64,000 nucleotides of DNA from Raja brachyura (lineage: Eukaryota), in contig OY740802.1 in the NCBI GenBank assembly GCA_963514005.1, positions 25,668,001 through 25,732,000 on the forward strand, given 5' to 3'. Below, piece after piece: positions 13,965-24,857 of the stretch. Position 1 is the first letter of the stretch. Every line of letters starts with the position of its first letter. The notes under the pieces were generated by a model that saw nothing but the letters and a program-made list of their open reading frames with translations, searched no databases and was not told the DNA's origin. A program made the position numbers and the translations under genes.

Positions 13965-15305
13965 GTTCTCTCTCTCTTTAAAAGAGAACCCAGCAGGAGT
14001 TTTAATGGAGCTCCTTAAAACTAAAGCATGTCTACGACAACATTGTCTCACAGTTGCCAACTGCGCGTTGGCCAAATGAAGATACCTTATGTTTCCTGCT
14101 CAGGTTTAAATCAAGAAGTCGTGTTTATTGTCATAGGCACTGATGCCTGATCTGAAACTCTGCATCTGCACTGGTGCAGGGCTCCCCCGCACTGGACTAG
14201 CCACCCTCGCCTCGGATTTCACGCTCCAATCTCCAGTGTGGACCTCGCACCCACAGCCGGCTGATCAAGAGGTGAGAGTGCCACAATCCTTGCTGCTTGT
14301 TTCATACACCTTCTCTCCACAAGCCCCAGGCACCCGAACACTTCCAGCATTTGCCAAGGTAGACAAACCTGCTGGAGAAACTCCATGGATGCTGCCTCAC
14401 CCGCTGAGTTTCCCCAGCACTTTTGTCTACCTTCGATTTTCCAGTATCTGCAGTTCCTTCTTAAGCAGCATTTGCCAATCCCACTCCTGATTTAGACTTT
14501 ACAGCGTGGAAACAGGCCCTTCGGCCCACCGAGTCCATGCCGACCAACGATCACCCCTTACACTAGCATTATCCTGCACACTGGGGACAGTTTACAATTT
14601 TTACGACTTAAAGACCCAATTACCCAGAAACCTGCATGTCTTTGGAGTGTGGGAGGAAACTGGAGCACCCAGAGAAAACCCACTTGGTCCCTGTGACCGC
14701 GTGGGTTTTCTTCATGTGCTTCGGTTTCCTCGCACACTCCAAAGAAGTGCAGTTTTAAACGTTAATTGACTTCTGTAAATTGTCCCTGGCGTGTGGGATA
14801 GACCTGGCGTATGGGTGACCACTGTTGGGGGCGGACCCGGTGGGCTGAAGGGCCTGTTTCTACACTGTATCTCTAAACTAAACTAAAAGTGCCTTTTGCT
14901 GTTGGTTTGCTCCATGGGCCGAGCCTGCTATTGAGCTTGGAAGCTGGGGGCTTGCCAAATGGGATTAGTTCCTAGCTGAGCCAGAGTTTGGTTACCTGAC
15001 ACTATTCCTAGAACTGTTCTAGCTGGTTCTTGGAGGGCAGACTAACTCTGCGGTTGTTAAGAGAGGGTGTATTATACATCTATAAATAGGGAGTGCCCCT
15101 GAAATTACTAGGAGCACTCTGTACTGGTAGCAACATCCTACCACTGGAAACTGCAGGGGCCTCTTGTGGCTTGTACTGAATAGAAACTTTTCTTACTCTG
15201 TATCCCAGTCTCTGCCAAGTGGTACTTCTAAATCTGAGAGAGAGGGAGAGAGAAATACAGATAGAATGCGAGAGCGAGAATGAGTAAGTGAGAAAAAGAA
15301 TGAGA

Positions 15306-15495
15306 NNNNNNNNNNNNNNNNNNNNNNNNNNNNNNNNNNNNNNNNNNNNNNNNNNNNNNNNNNNNNNNNNNNNNNNNNNNNNNNNNNNNNNNNNNNNNNN
15401 NNNNNNNNNNNNNNNNNNNNNNNNNNNNNNNNNNNNNNNNNNNNNNNNNNNNNNNNNNNNNNNNNNNNNNNNNNNNNNNNNNNNNNNNNNNNNNN
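15306..15495. other. Assembly gap
   Basis: Run of N adjacent to a (GA)n microsatellite. Confidence 0.99.
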
Positions 15496-15885
15496 CCTCA
15501 ACGACCAGTCAGTCAGAATCACACCAACTTACAACCTTTAGACTTCAGACTTTACTGAAACAACATGGAAACAGGCCCTTCAGCCCAGAGTCCTCGACGA
15601 CCAGTGATCGTACACTAACACTATCCTACACACAAGGGACAATGTTACAACTTACTGAAGCTAATTAACCTACAAACCCACACGTCTTTGGAGTGTGGGA
15701 GGAAACCGGAGCACCTGGAGAAAAGCCATGAGGTCACAGGGAGGAAGTACAGTCCGGTGTAGGCAGCGGCTCTACCCGCTGAACCAGTGTGCCGCCCCGG
15801 TGAAGTGCTGCTTGCATTAGTGTAAAGTTGTGGCTCTGCAGGAGATTGGGGTTCGTCAGTGCAATTTAGTGACAATGTTCTGTAC

Positions 15886-15999
15886 CTGTTTGCGGACATA
15901 TTCAACCATCAGCTCCAGCTGTCTTGGGTCCTCACACTGTTTACTGAAGAAGTGTCGCCATAGGGACGCAGCTAACACACGGTCATCCGATAAAATGCC
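15886..15999 (-). CDS. UQCC1: UQCC1 penultimate coding exon ([38 protein letters not shown])
   Basis: 114 nt, phase 0/0. Acceptor ttttgttccttcgatcag|GGC and donor CAG|gtacag. Carries the Cbp3/UQCC1 motif D..LAA.LWR..F...YVR.Q. Confidence 0.96.
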
Positions 16000-16419
16000 C
16001 TGATCGAAGGAACAAAACCAAGAAGACATTATCACACCATTGTACCTGTCCTGTACCTGTGCCTGTGTCTATGACAATAAACACGACTTCTTGACTTAAA
16101 CCTGAACACGATACATAAGGTATCCAAGAGTTTAGTTTAATTTAGATTAAACTAAACTAAACTTGCAGTACTTGGTCTGAGAACCAATTTGAACCTCAAA
16201 GATAAGAGCTCTCACTTGAAATGGAAAACAAGGCTAGTTAAGCTAAGGGGCAATTGTGAATTGTAAAATACATTCAGCACCAGAATGAATAAAGCACTCA
16301 ATGTCCAGCAGATCATAAGGTCATAAGGAATAGGAGTAGAATTAGTCCATTCGGCCCATAAAGTCTACTCTGCCATTCAATGATGCCTGGCCTATCTCTC
16401 CCTCCTAACCCTATTCTCC

Positions 16420-16800
16420 TGCCTGAAGAGCTGGAGGCAAGAAAAGAGCAGGAACAATCAGGGCCGGCCACAAATGTCCTCAGATGCCTGGTGGGTCAAT
16501 TGTTGGCTAGGGAAGGTGTGATCTTAAGAGAAACAATGTGGAGAACTGTGGAATTAATAAAACAACTAGGGTGGGGTAAGGGGGCGTGAAGGGAGTATGA
16601 GATTAAGTTACCTAAAATTAGAGAATTCAATGTTCGTATCGCTGGGTTGTAAATGTGAGGTGCTGTTCCTCCAATTTGCGTGTGGCCTCACTCTGGCAAT
16701 GGAGGAGGCCCAGGACAGAAAGGCCAGTGTGGGAATGGGAAGGGGAGTTGAAATGCTTGGCAACTGGGAGATCCAGTAGGACTAGGCGGACTGAGTAAAT
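16420..16800 (-). mobile_element. Penelope-like element 3' fragment with GIY-YIG endonuclease C-terminus
   Basis: The peptide LPVAKHFNSPSHSHTGLSVLGLLHCQSEATRKLEEQHL is typical of the PLE ORF end. The adjacent sequence is shared with the pLTR family (e.g. 29040-29130). Confidence 0.8.
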
Positions 16801-18776
16801 CGGGCTAGTAAAAATCACCTCTTATACCATCCACTGTTCTGACACCGACTTATGGCAAAGACCCAAATTGCTTCTCAATTGGATCACAACGCCATTCCAC
16901 ACACTGTCCTCAAATCCAATCAGAGATAATTTCAAAGTAGCTGGGAAAGTGGACACTCATTTTGCCTCTGCACAACTCAGTTTATTGAGGCAGGATTCAC
17001 GTAGAAAGTAAGTACGGAAATGTACAAGTGCCTAATGGCATTTCACAGAGATTAATTCCAAACAAAATAAAGCAAATCAGTGCCAAATGATTTTGGTTTA
17101 AAAGCACAGTGTAGGCTTGTTCTTTTGATGGAAGCCGTATTATTTTAATACCTTGTGGATAAAACATATATAAAAGAGTTTTGGCTGCTGGAAAGGTCAG
17201 ATCAGGAGTGAACATCCTAAACCAGGGGCCATCAAGGGGGAGGGAATGCGGACACAAGGAACTGTGGACGCTTGTTTATTTAAAAAAACGACAAAATGCT
17301 GGAGTAACTCAGTGGGTCAGGCAGCATCTCTGGAAAATTATTAATAAGGGTGTCAGGGGTTATGGGGTGAAGGCAGGAGAATGGGGTTTAGAGGGAAAGA
17401 TGGGTGACATTTTAAGTCGGGACCCTTCTTGAGAGAGTTTAGTTTAATTTATTGTCATGTGTACCAAGGTACAGTTAAAGGTTTTTGTTGCATGCCAACC
17501 AGTCAGCGGAAAGACTATACATGATTACAATCAAGCCGTCCACAGTGCACAGAAACTTGATGCAGGGAACAATGTTGAGTGCAAGATAAAGTCCAGTAAA
17601 GTCCAATTAGAGATAGTCTGAGGGTCTCCAATGAGGTGTACAGTAGTTTAGGAACACTCTCTAGTTCTCGATAGGACGGTTCAGTTGCGTGATAACAGTC
17701 AAGAGTTTAATTGTCATAGGTACCGCCAAAGGAACAATGAAATTCTTACTTGCTGCAGCATAACAGTCTCATACATATATATATAAAGCACTTAGATAAT
17801 ATATAATGAACAAAACTTAAGTTCAATGAAATAATAACTACAACACGTGCAAAAACATACTTTTGAGCAACAAGACAATCTATAGAAGTTTTAGAGTTTT
17901 GCGTGGTATCCAATCAGATGGAATACTATAGATAATTCAAGCCAAACTCAGGTACAATAGGTTGAGCAACGGGAGGATACCGAATGCAGCATATAGTTCC
18001 TAGTTTTTAGCGTAGCACAATGTCTTTTGTTCCATAGACAAAGCCCAATGTCCTCAATAGGGTGGAGGTGTTGTGTAGTGTACAAGAGGCTGCTGGTTGT
18101 TGGGATGAAGCTATTTTTCAACATGGGGCCCTTACTAAAAAAGCCAAATAGGAGCTGGGATGTATTTTTACCCGGAGAGTGGTGAGGGTGTGGAACTTGC
18201 TCACCAGGGAGTGATTAAGGCAAAGAGGTGCGACTGGTAAAGCCGTTGCCTCACACCGGCAGGAACCCGGGTTCAATCCTGACCCCGGGTGCCGTCTGTG
18301 TGGACTTTCCACGCTCTACCCGTGACCACGTGGGTTTTCTCCGGGTGCTCCCGTTTCCTCCCACATTCCAAAGACGTGCGCGTGTGTAGGTTAATCGTCT
18401 CTCTAAAATTGTCCCTCGTGTGTAGGGAGTAGATGAGAAAATGGGATAAGGTAGAACTAGTGTGAACGGGTGATCGATTGTCGGCATGAACTTGGTGGGC
18501 TGTATCTGTATCTTTCAATCAATCAATCAATTAATTAATGGCAGCTAGTCAGGGGAGGGGGAATCCATGGCGCCCAAGGTAGTAAGGGAATTTCAAAAGG
18601 GTCTCAGTGAGAGAAGAGAAAGGGCAAGAGTGGATAGGATTAGTGAGTGGAGGGCTGTGTGTTGTGGGACGTCACTGGGCTCAGTGCTCAGTCCCAAACA
18701 CTAATGATTTGGTCTTAAATATCGTTTTGCAAAAGGTAGTCAGAGGTCCAGAAATTCAAAGATAAGAAACACTTAC

Positions 18777-18854
18777 CTCGTCGTACCCGAAAATGGCCGC
18801 GTAGAAGTTTTGCGTCATAATTCGTATGTGTTCCTTCAACACTCCAGATTCAAT
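18777..18854 (-). CDS. UQCC1: UQCC1 coding exon (IESGVLKEHIRIMTQNFYAAIFGYDE)
   Basis: 78 nt, phase 0/0. Acceptor gtgctcctcag|ATT and donor GAG|gtaagt. FYAAI.GYDE motif, in frame with both flanking exons. Confidence 0.95.
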
Positions 18855-21299
18855 CTGAGGAGCACCAACAGAACCGTGAATGAGCATTGTGCAAAAGAGA
18901 GTAGACTGAGAAATGTGGGCCACAGCAAGTTACAAGGGCATCCTTAAGTGGTTTGGTTACCGCCATTAGCCTGGTGACTTATATCATGAAGAAAGATACA
19001 GAGTGCTGCAGTTACTCAGTGGGTCAGGCAGCACCTTTGGAGAACACGGATAGGTGATGTTTCGGGTCAGGACCCTTCTTCGGACTGATTGTGGGGGTGC
19101 AGAGGGGGGGGGGGGGGGGGGAAGGTGGAATCTGGAAGGGAAGACAAGTGATAGGTGGGTACAGCTGAAGGGGTCTGAGTGACAGATGGGTGGACATATG
19201 CTGGAGATGAAAAGACAAAAGGGTGTGAGGTAAGGAATACAATGTGGCGCCAGGAGAAGGGATATAGTTGGAAGGGGATGGGGGTAAAGGAATAGGATTG
19301 TGGGAGAACTGGGTACGCATCCAGGTGGGGCACAGGGAAGAGAGGGGAAGGGGGAAAAGGGTGGAGGCGTTTAATTGTGGGTTACTGTCTTGCATTATAA
19401 ACTGCTCAAACTTGAGCCTGGACCAGTTGGGTAAATGACCTGATTCTGATCAGTATATTTTGTATAATAAAACAAAAAAACCTCACAAAATGCCGGAATA
19501 ACATCAGGACAGCAAAGTGGCGCAGGGGTAGAGTTGCGCCAGAGACCAGGGTCCGATCCTGACCACCCGTGCTGTCTGTATGGTGTTTGTACGTTCTCCC
19601 TGTGACTGTGTGGGTTTCCTCTGGGTGCTCCGGTTTCCTCCCACATTCCAAAGACATGCAGAATTATAGGTTAATTGGCTTCTGTTAATTGTAAATTGTC
19701 CCTAGTACTAGGGTACAGTGTGATCGCTTGTCGGCGTGGACACGGTGGGCCGAAGGACCAGTTGCTGCGCTGTGTCTCTAAAGTCTAACTCAGTGGGTCA
19801 GGCAGCATCTCTGGACAACAAGGACAGGTGACGTTTCGAGTCGTGACTCTTTTTCAACTATTTCATATAATAGTTATTTTTCACTTTATTGCAGCCCTCA
19901 GTCACTTATTTCATCCCCCCCCAACCACTACACCCTGCCCCGGCCCTTTTTCCATTAGGCAAAACAAAGGCACACTTGTGTACTTAACTGGGTGAACTAG
20001 AGAGGCAACACAGAGGTCACAGATGCTTCAGAAATCTGAGTCAACCCAGTTTGCATATATTTCAGACATGGCCAGATGAAAGGTGGTGTTCAGAGTTGAG
20101 CGTAAACGCAGTGAATGAAAGGCTTTTACCATGGAGGGATTGCTACAACGCTCCTCACGGAATGTCTTTTCCTTGCTAGAGGAAAAACAAATGTCAGTGC
20201 TCTTAATCCTTGGATCCATTTCAAATCGGACCAATGTCAGCACCTCCTTGTTTGCCTGCAGATCTTCCATCATTGCTCCCAAGGCTTGTGAGGGATTGTA
20301 AATTAGAGAGACAGTCCTTGGGGATGAGCTGGATGGTGTTGGTGGTTAGCATGCTGACTGCTCCTTGCTGTAATGTGACCTTCCTTTCCCATTGATTTCC
20401 TTTGCCTCATTCTTCACACTTTCCCTCTCTCCAGGATATTAAGCTTCTTGCCCAAGGATTTTTCTCGAGGTAAAAAAACACCCCAGTTTAGTTTAATTTA
20501 CTTTAAACATACAATCGGAAACAGGCCCTTCAGCCCACCGAGTCCGCACCAACCAGTAATCCCACACATGAGGGACCATTTACAATCTTTACCGAAGCCA
20601 ATTGACCTAGATACCTGCATGACTTTGGAGAGTGGGAGGAAACCAAAGCACCCGGACAAAATCCATGCGGTCACAGGGAGAAGGTTCAAACTCCGTACAG
20701 CACCCGTAGTCAGGATCGAACCTGCGTCTGAGGCACTGTAAGGCAGCATCCCCACAGCTGCGCCACAGTTTACAGATAGTTTAGCGATAGTGCAGATAGA
20801 CCCTCCAGCCCACCATTCTGCACTCTGTATCTCACCCTTTGCTCTACCTATTGTACTTTATTGATTTTATTGTACTAGTATATAGTATTATGTGATCTGA
20901 TTGGATAGCATGCAATACAAAACTTTTCACTGCACCCCAGTACATGTGACAATAATAAACCTGAACATAAATAGACATACTTCAGCAGAGAGCGTGTGGA
21001 ATATGTTTCAGGACAAATAGTCATGGGGTTGATACAGTGGTAGGATGTGTAATCTACTGAGCTGTTTGCTAAAGTGCACCAGAACTTTACACAGGGGCTG
21101 GGCTGAGTTAACAGGAAGGAATATAACCAGCTTAGGTTTAGGTTTTCCGTGAATATTGATGCAAAAGAAATATCCGCTTATCAGGCAGCTGAGTGTGATT
21201 TTTGGACTGCTCCCTGTCACCAGGAGGTGCTTCCAGGCTTTCAGAGTGGATGTGGACTGCATTGGTTCAGCAACTGCAAAGTAACTCTCCTGTGTAGGA

Positions 21300-21520
21300 A
21301 GGACATGCAAATGCTGCTTTCCACTGAAGATATAGACACAAAATGCTGGATTAACTCAGCGGTTCAGGCAGCATCTCTGGAGAAAAGGAGTAGGTGACGT
21401 TTCGGGTCAAGACCCTTCTTCAGACTGAGAGTCGGGGGAGACGGAAACGAGAGACAGGGAAATGACAAAGAACAAATGAATGAAAGGAATGCAAAAGGAC
21501 AAATTAAAGCCAGCAACACA
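21300..21520 (-). mobile_element. Penelope-like pLTR, representative of dozens of copies in the window
   Basis: Recurrent unit gacacaaaatgctggagtaactcagcgggtcaggcagcatctctggag...gtgacgtttcgggtcgagacccttcttcagact. Longer copies run toward the PLE ORF end at 13560-13900 and 18995-19390. Many occur as inverted pairs (7045-7430, 22075-22325, 36640-36895, 44585-44880, 56240-56450, 60770-60960). Confidence 0.75.
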
Positions 21521-23373
21521 CTCTCTTATTCCTCTCCAGGCAGTACCATGGGATGTTTTACTTCCATCAGAAAGGCATATTCAATCTCCACAAACTTGTC
21601 CACACCGGCATACACACATGATAATAGGTGGAATTTGTCGCTGGACTTGTGGAGGTAAACATTTTGGACTTTTAGGAAAAGCTGGATGCCTATGTAGCAG
21701 GGAATGGTCGAGGAATCATGCTGGCTGGATTAATTAAGATAACCTTATCGACTTGGGCGGCACAGTGACGCAGGGGTAAAGCTGCTGCCTCACAGCGCCA
21801 GAGATCCGGGTTCGATCTTGACCTTGGGTGCTGTCTGTGTGGATTTTGTACGTTCTCCCTGTTGCCACGTGGGTTTCCACCACGTGCTCCAATTTTCTCC
21901 CACATCACAAAGGTGTGTGGGTTTTGTACGTTATTTGGCCCTTTGTAAGTTGCCTCCAACGTGCAGGGAGTGGGATAGTGTGGTACTAGTGTGCGGGCGA
22001 TCGGTGCAATCAGTGGGCCGATGTGCTTGTTCCCACGCTATATCTCTAAACTAAACTGAACTAGAAACAGAAAGATACACACAAACTTCTGGAGTAACTT
22101 CTGGAGCAGCATCCCTGGAAAAAATGGACAGGTGACATTTTGGGTCGGGACCCTTCTTCAGCGCCAGTACATAGTCTATATTAGTCTAATGTGGACAGAG
22201 AGATCGAGAAGGGCCCTGACCCGAAACCCGAAATGTCACCTGTCCATTTTCTCCAGGGATACTGCCTGACCCGCTGAGTTACTCAAGCATTTGGTGTCTA
22301 ACCTTCGGTATAAACCAGCATCTGAAGAAACAGAAAGAGTTGTTTTTCTATACGTCTATAAGCAGGCTGCCTGCGATGCCCCAGAGTCAAACTCCACTTG
22401 GCCAGTGCTTCAAGGGTAAAACTGCTGCCAATTAAAAGCAGAGCACAAGGCTGAAGCCCTGGCCTCTGGGATGGGTGCTGTGCCTTCTGATGCCGATTGC
22501 AGCAGCTTTTGTCCATCTGTCTGTGAGGGAACATACAGCTTCAGTTCTCCCCTCTCTTCCCCCTCCCCCTCCTTCCATCCCACGTTGCTTGGAGCAAGGG
22601 AGCAGTGGCAGGCTGGAATATATTACAAGCTGAATGCAAGCAGTAGCTAAAGTGCCAGCCTCCAACAAGGAGGAAAAACATTCCCTCATTAAATAAACTG
22701 ACAAAAAAAAGTCGTAGAAATAAAACAACATAGCGCCAGCTCTTAAAAGAGAACCTAATTAAATAACATTCTTTTAACCCCTGCAGTAATTGGTTGAAAT
22801 GATGGCTTTCAGCACTCAACTGAAACATCTAAACCCTTCAGGATGAATGCACTACTGAAGTGATAGAGCTATACTGCCTTTGGCTTTTCAATCAAGTCCC
22901 AGTTTATCCACATTTTATGAGACTGAGGAAAATCGGCATGTCTCCAATGCCTTTTACAGATGCACCATAGAAAGCACACTATCGGGTTGCCTCGCAGCTT
23001 GGTTTGGGAACAGCTCTGCCCAAGACTGCAAGAAATTGGAGAAAGTTGTAGATGTAGCCCAGTGTATCACACAGACCAGACTCCCCACCACTGGCACCAT
23101 CTACACTGCATGCTGCCCTGGGAAAGCAGCCATCAACGACTTGCCCCACCCCAGCCATCTCTTCTTCACCCCGCTGCCATTGGGGAGAAGGTACAGAGGC
23201 TTGAAAGTGGCAGACTCAGGAACAACTTTTTGCTGTTGTCAGACTTCTGTATGTTCGACGTGGACTTGATGGGTCGATGACCATAAGACATAGGAGCAGA
23301 ATAGTAAGATTGAATGAGAACTTACCAAGTTTGAAGGTTGATCTTTATTTCATGAGGAGTTGCGGTGAGGGAT

Positions 23374-23408
23374 TTCGTGAAGAGCCCGCCGGCACGCATG
23401 CGCGACAT
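23374..23408. repeat. DIRS inverted terminal repeat, 3'-end copy (35 bp)
   Basis: ttcgtgaagagcccgccggcacgcatgcgcgacat is the exact reverse complement of 28536-28570. Confidence 0.93.
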
Positions 23409-23523
23409 TCTTCAAAGCAGCGGTGTGGAATCACAGAAACAACAACAGAAATGACTTGGCATAGTAAGATTTAAAGAGACTCTAATTACCAGCTGAAGAT
23501 GATCGAGGGTTGGGAGCGGAGGG

Positions 23524-23637
23524 CACGAAATCCCTCACCGCAACTCCTCATGAAATAAAGATCAACCTTCAAACTTGGTAAGTTCTCGTTCAATCTTACT
23601 ATTTCATTTCGGAGTCACGTGAGTGACTTCGTGAAGA
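23524..23637. repeat. DIRS internal complementary region (ICR)
   Basis: Reverse complement of the left end (23301-23379, 1 mismatch) joined to the reverse complement of the right end (28561-28596). This reproduces the circle-junction sequence caatcttactATTtcatttcgg. Confidence 0.95.
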
Positions 23638-23783
23638 CTTCAAAGCTTCTGTGATTACACGCCCTGGACAACGTCCATGCGGACACACCACTAGCAAGGA
23701 TGGCTTGGAGTAAACAAGTTGATGAAACGAGGTTATACTGAAACAGAAAAAGATTTATTAATAACACCACAAATAACGCCCTT

Positions 23784-24857
23784 TCAATCAGGGACATCCC
23801 CACGTTCACACCCGGCGTTCAGCACGGCCTCTGCAAACTGAAGGGGAGCAGCAACAGGCTTATTATAGAAACGCTGGAACACAGCTTCATTCGCCCATCC
23901 TGCTGTGGCGAGGATATGGTCCATGGGTACCTCCATGACCCTCGCCGCCGACGTAGATGCAGCCCTGGTGGAGTGGGATTTAAACACATTAGTGTCAATA
24001 CCTGCCTTAGCCAGGACGATCCGGAGCCACCTGGATATCGTCTGGACTGTCACTCGATGGTGAGGTCTTTTGTGAGTGACAAGCAGGTACAACTCCATTC
24101 CTCTGATGCTCCTCGTCACCTTGATGTAGTAACGGATGTGAGTGGCTAAACATAGCCGAGCATCTGCAGGGTATGCCGGGAACTTCAGCTGCAGCCCTGT
24201 GCACCCAGGTCTATGCTGCTTAAGTAGCTCATCGATGAAAAAGACTACTTCTCCAGGGGTCTACGTCATCCTGTCAATACGTAGTTTGTGGAGCGTCTGA
24301 ACCCGCTGTGCTGAAGTCAGCGCTAGTAGCATCACCAATTTCATAGTGAGTTGGTCCAGCTGTAACCCTTCCATGGGTGACCACGACCTGAGCAGGGTAA
24401 GTACATCCCTGACATCCCAGGTGAGGTTGTAGCGTGGTGTAGGCGGATTCAGATTGAATATTCCCCGCATAAGCCTGGACACTAGCCTGTTCGATCCTAC
24501 CTCGATGTTGAGGTAGAATGATAGCGCACTCCTGGCGCTGTTGATGGCACTATAACTCAAGTGCTCATCATGGTGCAACCCCGCGAGGAATTCCAGGACG
24601 TCGGCTATGGAGACATCGTCATAGGTGATGTGAGAGCGACTGCAGTAGGCTTCCCACTTGGTGATGTGGGAGAGATATCTCCGCCTGGTTGACTCTCGAC
24701 ATGATGCTCCAATGGTGTTCATGGTCCGGGTGGTAAGGCCATACTGCATCCATGGCCTGGTCAGAACCTGCAAGCCAGTAATTTTAGATACGCATGGTGT
24801 AACTCCCCTGAGACAGGGTGAGAAACCACATGCGGGCAACCCTCTAGAGGGACCCAA
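23784..24857 (-). pseudogene. DIRS ORF3 tyrosine recombinase interrupted by one in-frame TAG (24261-24263)
   Basis: The track ORFs 24261..24857 and 23784..24119 are in the same frame, and the gap between them reads open apart from this TAG. Catalytic motifs are present: AQRVQ (R), LLKQ (K), HSTR (HxxR), AGW, and FQRFY (Y). Confidence 0.93.
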
